From Ginglymostoma cirratum (taxonomy: Eukaryota), in assembly GCA_024137785.1 (NCBI GenBank), contig JAHRHZ010000266.1, positions 16,499,098 through 16,563,097 of the forward strand: 64,000 nucleotides of DNA, in the 5' to 3' direction. The notes beneath the pieces are model-generated. The model worked only from the letters and a program-made list of their open reading frames with translations, had not been told where the DNA came from and did no database searches. The position numbers and the translations under genes are program-made. Shown piece after piece: positions 13,108 through 25,869 of this stretch; the stretch's first letter is position 1; each line of letters starts with the position of its first letter.

Positions 13108-13365
13108 CTCAGTCTATCCCTACAGAGCAGATAGAGGCCATTTGCCCCATCAAGTCTGCCACCGACCCTCCACAGAGCATCTCACCCTCTCCCTGCAATC
13201 CTGCATTTACCACAGCTAACCAACTATCCTGTGCAACCCCGAATGCTACAGACAATGCACCTAACCCGCACATCTTTGGACTGTGGGAGGAAACAGGAGC
13301 ACGCAGGCAAAGGGAGAACGTGCAAACAATTCCAAGGCTGGAATCGAACCCAGGTCCCGGCCCAG
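13108..13365 (-). mobile_element. HE1-type SINE (partial)
   Basis: cacctaacccgcacatctttggactgtgggaggaaac...ggctggaatcgaacccaggtcc. Confidence 0.8.
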
Positions 13366-14584
13366 TGGGTCTATGACCATATAGAAGCTGTGATACACTT
13401 CCCACCTGACTACATTTCACCTGAATATGTTTCTGTCATATCTCTGTCATATATTTATCCAATTTACCTGTGAATCATATTGAATTGAATTGAATTAGCT
13501 TTATTGTCACATGTACTCTAATGAATACAGTGGAACTTTATAAATTGCCACTTACAGCACCATATTAGGTAAAGATGCCTAGGTACAGTCCTTCATGGTT
13601 GGAGTGGGGAGTTGCCATGGAGAAATTTCTTTGCATGGTAACCCCCAAAGTTCATAACAGGAGCAGGATTGAGGGCTGGAGGCAGAAGTGGACAGGGAGA
13701 GGAGCAGAGAATAGTGACCATTTGAGTAATTGCCAAGTTTGCATTTAACTCATCCTTTTACAGGCTGGTCTAGAAGGGGGTGGGTATGTTTTAACTGGGT
13801 TCCTCAAAGTGAAAATAATTGCTTGTGGCCCCAAGAAACTGTCCTGCAAGACATTTCTTCCATATTTGTGGGTTGCATAAGGGCAAGTCATCCCCTTTGA
13901 AAGAATTGAAAAGAATGTTGCTCCCTGTCCAGCAAGTTTCTAACAAGCACAAAACTGAAGAAAGGAATCAGGTCAAAGGTCTTCTTTCATTAAAGGCGTT
14001 GTTTCAAGTCTGAAGTGCCGACTCAGCCTTCCAATCATTCCGACTTCTTGAACCAGTATCAGTGTGTTGGTATCTACATCCTAACAATGACTAGCCTGGG
14101 CTAAAAGGTTAATGATTAAACTACCGAGCACTCTGCATCATCGGCATGCATCCAGAGACTTTTACCACAGGCAGCATTTTCCAGTGTAAACTGGGTCCTA
14201 ACATTATAGCATCTTGGCTACCTGACTGAAGTGGGACTGAATGGAAAAGCTGTGGTGATTTATTAGATTGGTCGGTATTAGCTACGCAAAGATTTAAATA
14301 CCTTTTCAACAACTGAGACTTGATTTATGCGTGGGCCAATTTCCCATTGATCTTCATCAACAAAGAGAGAGAGGGAGAAAGACATTCTGTTCTGAGGTTT
14401 GCTTGCTCTGAAAATTTCTTCTGAAAATGGGTGTCAGAAATCTGCTGAGGGCTTTCTGTTTCTACTTCTCCATCTGAATCAACTTTCAGAATTTGTGCCC
14501 ACCCACAGTAGGTGACTGACAGCCAGATTGGACAGGACTGCAGGTTCTTTCCCATCATGAGTGAAACTACTGAGCATTTACAAC

Positions 14585-14790
14585 TATAAGAACGCAAGAA
14601 ATGGGAGCAAGAGTGGGCTATCTGGCCTCTCGAGCCTGCTGTGCCATTCAGTAACATCATGGCTAATCTTTTTTAGAGTCAGTTCCACTTAGTTGCCCGC
14701 TCACCATAACCCTTAATTATTTCACTGTTCAAAAATCAATCTACATTTGCCCTAAAAACATTCAGCGAGGTAGCCTCAACTGCTTCGTTC
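14585..14790 (-). mobile_element. CR1 3' end
   Basis: ataagaacgcaagaaatgggagcaagagtgggctatctggcctctcgagcctgc...catcatggctaatc. Confidence 0.8.
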
Positions 14791-15029
14791 TGGCTAATTA
14801 TTTACAGATATTTAGATTGAATTTAGATTTAAGCTGAGTTTTTTGTTTCTTGATTAACACCGCCAGTTTCTGCATTACTAATCTAACTGCTGCATCCAGT
14901 TGTTTACTTGTGGGTCCCTGAGCCATTCACCAACAGGCTGACCTGTCATAGTTGAACTGATGCAAGTCAGAGCAGGTAGTTTGGAACCCCCTCTGGGCTG
15001 GGATAGAGTTAACTGTTTACAGAGATGTT

Positions 15030-15940
15030 AAGACATACCTCCAGAACAGGTAGGACTTGAACCTTCTAGCCTCAAGGTAACACTACCACTGCATTACCAA
15101 AGCAAGTTACTGTTCCGACACCTTATGAGACAACCCTGAACAGGTGAGTCGTGAGCCTGGATCTTTTGGCTCAGAGGTAGGGACGCTACCAACAAGACCC
15201 ACATTGCAGCTCTCATCCTTGCCAATTTACACTTATGCCAAGGATATGGGAACTGCTATGTGATATTTTCCAATAATCGCTGTCCATGTTTTTAAGGGGT
15301 TCAGTTAGCTGGATGGCTTATTTGCAATGCAGAGGGTTAGCAGCTGCATGGATTCAACCCCCACAGTGGCTGAGGTTACCATGAATGACTCTCCTTCACA
15401 ACCTCTGTCCTCACCGGAGGTATGGTGACCCTCAGGTTAAGCCACCACCAGCCATTGTCTCTCTCTAATGAGAGAGCGGCCCTCTGGGAGTTTGGCAACT
15501 TTGCTGAAAGATATTTTCTAATCAACCTATTTACGTTATTATCCACCTCTAGAGCAAGTGGGACCGGAACACAGAGCTTTTGGCTCAGAGATATGTACAC
15601 AAACACTACTCCACAAGACCCCACTGGTAGAGTTCTGAGGAAGGGTCACCGGACCCGAAATGTTAAGAACATAAGAACTAGGAGCAGGAGTAGGCCACCT
15701 GGCCCCTCGAGCCTGCCCCGCCATTTAATAAGATCATGGCTGATCTTTTTGAGACTCAGCTCTGATTTTTCTTCACAGATGCTGCCAGACCTGCTGAGCT
15801 TTTCGAGCAACTTCTGTTTTTGTTCCCACTGGTACAAGGATCAACTTTTTCTAATCGGTATGCTCAGAAGTGCTTTTACATACCTCTAGAGCAGGCGGGG
15901 CTTGAACCCAGGTCTCCTTATCCAGAGGTAGGAACACAGG
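15030..15940 (-). repeat. Cluster of four copies of a ~115-bp tRNA-like SINE, with other nested insertions
   Basis: Copies at ~15035, ~15130, ~15505 and ~15845 share ...cctctagagcagg(t/c)ggg(a/g)cttgaac...ctcagaggtagggacact. The same family lies in + orientation at 6424-6850 and ~37440. Confidence 0.65.
15630..15824 (+). mobile_element. Family B hammerhead-motif element containing a CR1 3'-end insertion (15667-15759, - strand)
   Basis: agagtt-CTGAGGA-a-gggtc-accg-gaccc-GAAA-tgtt-aa[insert]ctctg...cacagatgctgccagacctgctgag...ctgtttttgtt. 10-bp TSD cccactggta at 15620-15629 and 15825-15834. Confidence 0.85.
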
Positions 15941-17019
15941 GAAAGGAGCATCTTCTGAATATGAAGTGGTTAGCAATTGATCCTCAGTCTGAGAGCTGGC
16001 CTCAACAAAGATTACTAATTGAAATATTACAAATAGGCCTGACCATCCAAAGGCTCCACACAAACTCCTGCTACCGTTCTGTAGTTGAGGTGACGATGGA
16101 CATTATACAAGCAATTATTTGCACATTATGTGCTTGCATTTTTATAGCAGCTCTCACAGCACTAAAGCACATAACAGCCAGTACAGTATGGTCACTATTG
16201 TAAATCTTACTCCCTCAGTATGACACCAGTGTCAGCTTCATTTTGAAGTCAAGAAGCTGAATTGGGATTTTACCCCATAACCTCCTGCTTCGCTGTCAAC
16301 GCTGCTACCAACTGAATCACAACTGACTCATTGAATGCCTCAATATGTACTTGTCAATGTTTACATATTTTGTTGCCTGGATCAGACTCAAGTGTGATGC
16401 CTTCCCTGGTTAAATAACCTTGTTGTTACGTGAAGGGTAGTCAGCAACTGTAAAAGCATACCCTAGTGAACTTGGCGGAGTCAATGTGATTGTAAATAAT
16501 GCACATGACTGATTAGATAACAGTTCCAGAGTGCCATGCAAAATGCTATTCGTTCCCATTTCAGGAATTCCTTGTTGAAATATCATTAATTTCTATAGAG
16601 AAAGCCCTGATCCAAGCAGAAAATCTTCCACAATTATCTGCTTTTCAATGCTTAAAACATGACTATGAATCAGCTGCCAAATCTTACCTGGACACATTGC
16701 TGAATTTTAAAGGTCTAATCATTTTTTGTGCCGTGTTTTCTTCTAAGTGATCTCTGCAGACTGTAATGCTGACTGATTTGCTGAATGAATGATTAAAAGG
16801 GCCATACTACAAGCTTTTCAAAATTGTTTTTCTTTTGAAAATGTGTTTTCTGGTAAAATTCTTGCCTCTGCTGATCATGGCATCCAAGCTGGGGTAAAGT
16901 CCGTGGGTCGTAGTTGTTTCTCTGTAACTTAGTGTGAGCTGGTGACCAGCAGCTGTGCTCTTATCTCTCCAAGTCAGAAGGTTGGAGTTTTGGTCCCATT
17001 GTCAGATTTGTCAGATTTC

Positions 17020-19915
17020 TATTTATTATTCAGTCATGGGATCTGGGCATCACTGGCGGGCCAGCATTTATTGCCTGTCCCTAGTTGACCTTGAGAATGT
17101 GGTGGTGATCTGCCTTCTTGAACCGATGCAGTTCACCTTCTGTGAGTTGACTCACAATGCCATTAGGGAGGGAATTCCAGGACTCTGACCCAGTGACAGT
17201 GAAGGAATGGCGATATATTTGGAAGTCAGGATGGTGAGTGGTTTGGATGAAAACTTGCAAGGGGTGGTGTTCCAACAATCTGCCGCCCTTGCCCTTCTGG
17301 ATGAAATTGGTCATGGGTTTAGAAGGTGCTATCTGAGGAACTTTAGTGAATTTCTGCAGTACATCTTGTGGATAGAACACACTATTGCTATTGAGTGTTG
17401 GTGGTTGAAGGAGTAGATGCTTGGTGGATGTGGTGCCAATCAGTGGACTGCTTGGACCTGGATTGTGTTAAGCTTATTGAGTATTGTCAGTGCTGCAGTC
17501 ATCCAGGCAAGTGGGAAATGTTCCATTACAGAAGGCATTTCACCATTACCTTCGCAAGGGCAACTATGGGTGGGCAGTAATTGCTGGCCCAACCAGTAAT
17601 GCCCACATCCCGTGAGTAATTTTAAAAAAAATTATTAAGGCTCCTTGATGCCAAACTCTTATCAAATGCTGCCTTGAAGTTGAGGGCAGTCAGTCTCCCC
17701 TCACTTTTGAAGTTCAGCTCTTTTGTCCTTATTTGAACCAAGGCTATAAGGAGTTGAATGGCCCTGGCAGACCCAAATTGAATGTCAGTGAACAGCCAGT
17801 TGCTGAAGAAGTGCCACTTGATAGCACTGTCAATAACCCTTTCCATCACTTTTCTGATAATTGAGAATAGACTGATGGGCAGTGATTGGCAGGGTTGACT
17901 TTGCACTGTTTGTGACATGCTTGGGCACTGTTGGGCATTTTCCAGTAAATTTAATGTTTTAGCTGCAGTGGAACAGCTTTGTTAGAGCTGCAGCAAGTTC
18001 TGAGGTATTAGTCTTTACTGTTGCCAGAATGTTGTCAGAGCATCTAGGCTTTGGTCCGTACAGGTTCTTGATGTGTTCCTTGATATCATGTGAATCAAAC
18101 TGAATTGACTAAAAACTGACATCTGTGATGCTGGGGACCATCCACCTGGCAGTTCTGGTTGACAATAGATGCAAATGCGTTCACCTTATTTATTGAACTA
18201 ATGTGTTGGGCTCCAGCTTATTAAGGGTCGGGATATTTGTAGAGCCACCTCCTGTCAGTTGTTTCATTGGCCACCGTGATGCTTGACTGGATGAGGCAGA
18301 ATTGCAGAACTTAGGTCTGATCCATTATCCTTGGGCTCATTTAGCCTTGTCTAATTCTTACTGCTTGTTTGACATGCAAGCACGGGCAGATATGTCTGCA
18401 ATATGTAGGTTGATGAGGATGAGTGAAAAGGGGTTTACCATCTTGTTGGCTTCCTCACTACCTGCCACAAATTGAGGCTTGTTATGTCCTTTAAGACCAG
18501 CTTGGTCACTTGTGGTGCTATTGAGTCACTCTTGGTGATGGACATTGAAGTCCCCCACTCAGAGAACATTCTATGTCCTTACCAACCAAATTGTTTCCAC
18601 CAAATTGTGCCCGTCAAGGAGGAGTATTGATTTGACTGATGTTGGGCACTAAGAAGAACAAAGAACAATGCAGCAGAGGAACAGGCCCTTTTGCCCTCCA
18701 AGCCTTCCCTGCCACATTTTGCCCCTCCATACTAAAACTGTCTTCACTTACAGGATCCATATCCCTCTATTCCCTTCCTAATCATGTGTTCGTCCAACTA
18801 CTTCTTGAATGCTGCTATTGTGTCTGCTTCCACCCCCTTCATTTCCAGGCACTCACCACCCTTTGTGTGACAAACGTGCCTCACACATCTCTTTTAAACT
18901 TCCTCCCCCGACCTGTGTTCCTGTAGTAATTGATCCCTCCACCCTGGGAGAAAGCCTCATACTTTCCACTCTATCCATGCCCTTCACAACCTTATACACT
19001 TCTATTAGGTTGCCCTTCAACCTCCTGTGTTCCAGTGAAAACAAACCCAGTCTATCCAACCTTTCTTCACAGCTAAAATCCCCCAAACCAGGCAACCTCC
19101 TCGTAAACCTTTTCTGTACTCTCTTCAAAGCATCCACATCCTTCTGGTAGTGTGTTGATCAGAATTGTATGCATTAGATTGTAATCAGTAGGTCCCTGAT
19201 GTCCTCAAGCTTCATGAGTCTGGGTCATTGGTCATGTGGGTCTGGAATCACATGTAAGCTAGACTACATCCAGATTCGATGTTGTGGGTTCCAGAGCATC
19301 CTTCTCCTGACTGTACGTCACTGTTCTGCTACCTCTGATGGGTCTGTCCTGCCAGTGGGAAATGACATACGTAATGATGGTGTTGGGTGGGATACTGTTT
19401 GTAAGGTGTGATTCCATGAGTGTGCCTGTGTCACCTATGTGACAGCTGTCCAAATTTTGGCACAAGACCCCCAGATGTTAGTAAGTAGTAATTTAGAGGA
19501 TCAGCAGGACTCAGTTTTTACCATTGTTATTTCTGGTGTCTAGTTTGATGTTGGACGGTCCGTCAGGTTTCATTGCTTTAGTTAGACTTTATAGCAGTCA
19601 GATACAACTGAGTGACTTGCTAGGGCCATTTCAGAGAGCAGGTAAGCACAGCTGCATTGCTGTGGTTCCGGAATCATATGTTGGCCAGACCCAGGGAAGG
19701 ACAGCAGGTTTCCTTTCTGAAGGAACATAGGTGAAGCAGGTGTGTTTTTACAACAGTGGGTGATAGTTTTGCGGTCATCATTAGACTAACTTTTAATTCT
19801 GGATTTTATTCACCATCTGTGAAGTTGCGATTTGAGGCAAGTCCTCTGAACATTAGCCTGCTAGACCTTTGGACTGTTCACCCAATGACATTACTGCAAT
19901 GCCACTGACTCCATG
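17020..19915 (-). mobile_element. Long decayed L2/CR1-group LINE, interrupted by CR1 at 18650-19175
   Basis: ORF 17622-17918 reads PISLFSIIRKVMERVIDSAIK...DIQFG...LNFKAAFDK (RT motifs). The 3' end at 17020-17530 is the reverse complement of 3150-3500, and endonuclease-region remnants (gacattgaagtcccccac) lie near 18540. Confidence 0.75.
18650..19175 (-). mobile_element. CR1 3' end
   Basis: ORF 18853-19137 ALKRVQKRFTRRLPGL...RRLKGNLIEVYK with aagaacaaagaacaa tail. Confidence 0.9.
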
Positions 19916-20348
19916 CCTGAGATCAGAAACCCATCCAGTTCAATTTCATGTGTGACATAGGTTCGAATTGAAGTGTGTCCGAGATATTCCCACTCCCACT
20001 ACAGCAGTACCTCAAAGTCTAGTGTGGTAAAATAAGAAAGATGCCTTACAGGTTATGAAGCTGCAGGAGAGTTACTACTTGAAGATGAATGGTTCTGATT
20101 AAATTGTATTTGGCTTTGCAAATCGTTCACCCACAGAGCAATATTCGGATGAGATGCTCTGGCAGCCTCGCCATAGATAATAGAAGTCAAAAGGCAATTT
20201 GATCACGGATTTCTAGCTCACAGGTCAGACATTTCCTGCTAGAAATAAATTATTTTATTCGCCAGGGTCCTCAATGCCTCCAGGTCACTTGTCATCTTTT
20301 CTGTGAGGCTGGTCAACAAGTTGCTTTGCATCAGAATATCAAAATCTT

Positions 20349-20447
20349 TTCTGATGAAGAGTCACTGGACTCGAAACATTAACTCTCCTTTCTTCCTACA
20401 AATGCCGCCAGATGTGCAGAGTTTCTCTAGCAGTTTCTGTTTTTGTA
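20349..20447 (+). mobile_element. Family B hammerhead-motif element
   Basis: CTGATGA (20351)-a-gagtc-actg-gactc-GAAA-catt-aactct followed by body acaaatgccgccagatgtgcagag...ttctgtttttgt. Confidence 0.8.
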
Positions 20448-21084
20448 TCAGAAACTGCACTGTCGATGGCAAAGCCATGGCCCAGTCTGGTTCCAGGGAG
20501 ACGGTACAAGCCAGAACGGTTCCGGGCTGTACAGGTCAGTCTTTATTTAGGTAACTGACCTCGTTCCCGCTTCCCCCCACACCACACCGGTCTGTGTGAA
20601 AGATGCTACAGTTGGCTTTAGTGTCTCTGTCATGTGGGAGGGGATAAATGGTTGCAAGGAGTTTCTGCTCCTGACCTCTGCCCTGTGGCTGTAGCTAGGA
20701 AGGTGTAAGTCAGTCAGAGACAGATTCAGTCTATTTGCTGAGGATAACTAATGCGCTGACATACACTGCTGGGATCACCTGAATTGTGGTCAAACTGTGT
20801 GAGGGAGTAGTACTCACTGAAGTAACCACACGAGCTGTAGACACTCAGGGGTCAGAGGGGCTGAGTAAACCATATCACGACTCTTCTTGCAGATTTGTTA
20901 GAAGCAGTAAGAGAGGATTGTAGGCTTCAATGCCATAGCTCATGGTGTATGCAGGTTTCAGATAGAACTGTAATTCCTCATCTGGTCCATAAGTGATTCC
21001 TTTTAAAGACAGATTCGTGTCACTCTGGAAATATTTAATCCAAGCACTCTCTAGTTTATTGGAAAGCTGCTGTGACACCAACAC

Positions 21085-22480
21085 TCTAAAAATGAGGGAA
21101 GCAAAAAACAGGTAACCATTTGCTGATTAGCTGAACATCTAATGTTGGAAAGTATTGGAATCAATTATTAAGGAAGTAATTGCCAGGACGCTTGGGAAAT
21201 CATAATCTAATCAAACAGAGCCACCATGGCTTCATGAAAGGGAAATGGTATCTGACTAATTTAATAGAGATTTTCAAGGAACTCTCAATCAAAGTGGATA
21301 GAGGGCAACAAGTAGGTATGTTGTATTTGGACTCCCAGAAGGGTTTCAACAAGGTGCCTCATAAAAGGTGAAGTCATAAGGTAAAAGCCCTCAGTGTTGG
21401 AGGTAATTCATTGGCATGGAGAGAGAACTGACTCATGGGCAGGAAACAGCGAGTGGGGAGAAGGGGTTTCTTTTTCAGGTTGGTGACCCGTGACCAGTGA
21501 GATTTCACAGGGATCAGTGCTGGGGCCACAATTGGTTACTATATATGTCAATCAATTAAGAGGTAGGAATCAGATTTGCAGACGACGCAAAAATAGATAG
21601 AAAGGCAGGTAGCGAGAGGGATACCAGAGAGATATCGAGAGGTTAAGTCAGTGGGGAAAAAAGTTGGCAAATGGAGTACAATGTGAGAAAATGCGAAGTT
21701 ATTCATTTTGGAGGTGAGAAAAGAACAGAAGGAGAGAAACTGCAGAAAGCTGCAACTGCAAAATGAAAGGACTTGGAGGGACTTGTGCATGAAACACAGA
21801 AAGGTAGCACACAGGGACTGTAGGTGAACAGAAAGGTGAATGGTATATTGGCCCTTACTTCAAGGAGGTTGGAATATAAGAATAGGGAAGTCTTCCTGCA
21901 ATTATACAAAGTGCTGATGAGACCACATCTAAAGTGCTGTGAGTAATTTTGGTCTACTTATTTAAGGAAAGATTTTATTTCATTGGAGACAGTTCAGAGA
22001 AGGTTCACAAGGATGATCCCTGATATGGAGGGATTATCTGTGAGCAATGGTTAAACATGTTGGGACTCCACAGACTAGAGTGTAGAGAAATGAAAGGTGA
22101 TCTCATTGAAACATGTCGGATTCTAAAGGGGCTTGACAGGATAAACAGTGAGAGGATCGTTGCCCTGATGGAAGAGTATGGGACCACAGGATATAGTCTC
22201 AGAATAAAGGGCACAATTTAAGACTAAGATGAGGAGGAATTTCTTCTCTCAGGGGGTTGTGAGTCTTTGGAATTCTTTGCCATAGAGAGCTGTGGAGGCA
22301 GAATCTTTGTGTATATTTAAGAGACAGACAGATCTTTGATCAATAGGGGAATCAAGGGTTACATGTAAAGCAGGAAAGTGGACATTGGAATATTGGGTCC
22401 GGCATGATCCTACTGAATGGCAAAGCAGGCTCAAGGCACCAAATGACATGGCCCTGTTCCTATTTCTTGTGGTCTTATGG
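21085..22480 (+). mobile_element. Decayed CR1 LINE (RT + 3' UTR)
   Basis: ORF 21180-21371 reads HHGFMKGKWYLTNLIE...YLDSQKGFNKVPHKR. FADD-like tttgcagacgac at ~21575 and CR1 3' UTR to ~22480. Confidence 0.9.
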
Positions 22481-24393
22481 GAAAAAGAAACTCTGTTTAC
22501 ACATGTCTAAGCCTGTATCACTGCCTATTCAATCTGACTGTAAAACCTAAATCTCTAGCCAAGTAAGTGTAAAGATTTGGAAGAATCTCAGAACCAATGT
22601 CATTTGTTGTTCCTTGTCTCCTATTTCTTGCTGAAAATTGTCTTCATTATCAGCAAGTTTTCTTTCTTGTCGATGTTGGTCTCTGCGTGGGGAAGTCAGG
22701 GGAAGGGTTAATAGGATGTAGCTTGTCACTGTAATCACATACGTTTGAAGCAAAAAAATCAGCTACACCACTTTTTTGCTGTCACAGACAAATGTGGTGT
22801 TGATCATCTGTTATCTGCTCCTGTGTCCACCAGCATGACACCCAGTACTGTTTCAGACAGGTGTCCAGAGGCCACTCACATTGTCCATCCAGTGATAGTC
22901 AGCTTCACAAACACTGGCAAGTCGCAGCAGAGCTCTCCCAGTGTCTCATGAGAGCCTGCTGTTCACTCAGCACTTCTGTTGGAGCTTGCTTGTTTGATGG
23001 ATGCCTGAATGAAGCACTGTTATTAATGAATTATGACAAGCCTTGTGCTCAGCAGTGCAGAAAGGCTTCAGTTCGCTCTTTTTTAGGGTGCAACTTAATT
23101 GAAGACACTCAAAATGGCAAAAATAAAAGCTCTGGTGATGCTCACTTATCAAGTGTGTACAATTCGGAGAGGTTTTCCAGCTTGCCAAAGGGGCAATGTT
23201 TAAAGCTTTTCTAATAGCTGAATGATTTTTCCAGAGAATGATCTCTTCCAGCTGCCCACAATGCTGTTATCTGTCTATTCTTCACCTTTGGCCTTGCCGT
23301 CATTCTTGATGAAATGATGACCTGGCAAGGCTGTGATGTTCGTGTAGGAATGAGTTTGATCGGAGCCATCGTCTTCAGGTTGATTGAGGTACACAACGTG
23401 AGAGCTCCGTGTGGTACTTACCATCAGGCAGCGAGCATTGAAATCTGAACACTTCTCAGTAAGCAGCTCCCCGGAGAAATTACAGGAATAGATGAGCAGC
23501 AAACTCCATGCAACAGTGAAGTAAACTTTCTTTGTCATCTTCTCCACGGATGTTAGCGGTGACAAGGCGATGGACTGTCAGTCCGGTGAGTTGCTGAGAC
23601 GTTTTCCCAGTTGTCCCCGCTGTCCTCCCATGGATGGGTTTCTGTGCCAACCGTGTAGATCTGCTTTATTGATGCCAGAAATTTCCTGTCATTCTAGTGT
23701 CAGCAAAATGCTATATTGCCAATTTCCACATCGTGCAAACTTCTGACTTTGCTGCTTGCTTAATTTTAATTGTTACTCCCGGGCCTGTCAGCTTTGTGCG
23801 ACTCAGCCTTCTTAGCTTCTACAGACAGGCCTCTCTGCGTGCTGCTTTTCTTCATTTGGTGTGTGAGGTTCCTCTTGGCAGTGTTCTGTGTTACTGCTGT
23901 TTCGAGTATAATTCGGGCACTCTGACAGTGGGAATGATGGATGAAGGTGGCATTACGAAGGTGGCATGTGGGAGCTTGTGCGCGGATCTGCCCAGAGTGG
24001 GTCCCAACCTCGGCTACTCAGCAGGCACATCATATCACCTCAATACTGTAGAGGCCTCCAGCCTCGCAAGTGGATTCGTTGCAGTGATCGTTCAAATAAT
24101 TTCTGCCCGTGTTCACCGCGCCAAGTTAGGAGAGGCACAACTCCTGTTCATTTGTGTCATGGTGATTGGAATGCAGCAAAATTTAAACTAAGAATCGTTT
24201 GTACATGAGAATAATTCTCAACCTGTTTTCCTTCTACGTTTATGACAGTAAAAATCCAATTGGTCCTGCTCCCTTTGACTGATTTAAAAATTTGGAGATC
24301 TTGAAGGCTTCAATTTTCAAAGATCCTAAGAGAAAAGATCCTAATTTGGAATGGAATTTTTCCTATGTTTGGGAGCAGGCTTCTCTTTTATTC

Positions 24394-24640
24394 TCTCTAT
24401 GTATGTCTGTGTCTCACACTCTTACTCTCCCTCCCTCTCTGTATGTCTGTACCTCTCACCCTCTCTCCCTGTATGTCTGTACCTCTCACCCTCTCTCTCT
24501 GTATGTCTGTACCTCTTAACCTCCCTGTCTCTCTGTATGTCTGTACTTCTCACCCTCTCTCTCTGTATGCCTGTACCTCTCACCTTCTCTCTCTGTATGT
24601 CTGTACCCCTCACTCTCCCCTCTCTCTCTGTCTGTATCTG
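24394..24640. repeat. Minisatellite, ~30-bp unit x 7-8
   Basis: Repeated ctctcaccctctctctctgtatgtctgtac with variants, which explains the repetitive ORFs at 24292-24773. Confidence 0.9.
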
Positions 24641-25159
24641 TTTTGTAAAGAGTCACGAAATCGAAACATTTATTATCTTGTTCCAGACACGTTAATCTGC
24701 ATGTTCCCACACCAGTTTGGACATTGCTTTCCTGTGCTTTGTCCATTTGATTAGCTTTCCATTTTCTCACCAATAAAACTGTAGTTCACAGAAGCAATTC
24801 TCTTCCAAAAGAAATGAAACTACCAGCTACTTATGGCCTGTTGTAAGCAATCACTTTGAGGATGGTTTTGTAAAGAGATTCGGCGAATATTTTAAAAGTT
24901 GCAATGTGGAATGGCTGATTAATTCAGTGACTAGTTAAGTGAGCACAAGATAGGGACACATATGAAAACCAATATGTCTGGTGAGTCTCTGAAATAAATC
25001 CTTACCTTACCGATGTGGAAAATATATTTTTAAAACCATTGCCATCTGGACAGCAGAGAGAAAAATGGGATCTTTGTCCACATTCCTCAACTAGTTTTTT
25101 TGTTTGTGGGGCACTTAGTTTAAGATGATTGCAGTATATTTGGGATCTAAATCCAATAG

Positions 25160-25420
25160 ATCATAAGAGCATTAGGTACAGGAGCAAAATCAGGCCATTT
25201 GGCCCATCAGGTCCGCTCTGGCATTTGATCATGGCTGACATGTTTCTCAACTCCATTCTCCTGCCTTCTCTCTGTAACCCTTGATCCCTTTACTATTCAA
25301 GAACCTGTAGATCTCTATCTTAAATACACTCAATGACTTGATCTGCACAGCTTGATGTGACAATGAGTCCCACAGATTAACCACCCTCTGGCTGAAAAGA
25401 TTCCCTGTCAGCTCAGTTCT
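25160..25420 (-). mobile_element. CR1 3' end
   Basis: cataagagcattaggtacaggagcaaaatcaggccatttggccc...cacagattaaccaccctctggctgaaaa. Confidence 0.8.
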
Positions 25421-25869
25421 AGTTCCCTGAAGGATTGTTTGGTGGTTTTGTCATATGGTTATATCTTGGATTGAGGGGCTGGATTTTCATGTTGGTGGTG
25501 GGTAGCATGAGTTGGGAAAATTCCTAGCTCCACACATTTGCCTCTGTGGAAAACCTGGCTCCCAAGAGTCATATTCCCCCGTCCATTGTGGAAATGTGAC
25601 CTGTAATTGACCCATCCAACTCTAGAAAGGGTTCAGAGGCCAAGTACCAAGCTGGGATCTTTAAAAGGGCCCCCTCAGTGCTGTGGGTGCATCATGCCAG
25701 TTATAATAAAACAGCTAGGCCCTCTACCCCTCACACTGCCTCACCCCACACCTACTCCCATGCCATACCATGCCACCTCATAACACCCCCACCGCATTCC
25801 ATCCACACTGAGCTGTTTCCCCCCAAATTATGGCAAATCCCCAAATGCTCGGGTCTTCAGGGCAATTCT

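Noticed and set aside
24394-24640. Regularly spaced ~30-bp repeats as a possible CRISPR-like array
   Set aside because: Units are contiguous with no unique spacers and are microsatellite-derived, in a vertebrate intron.
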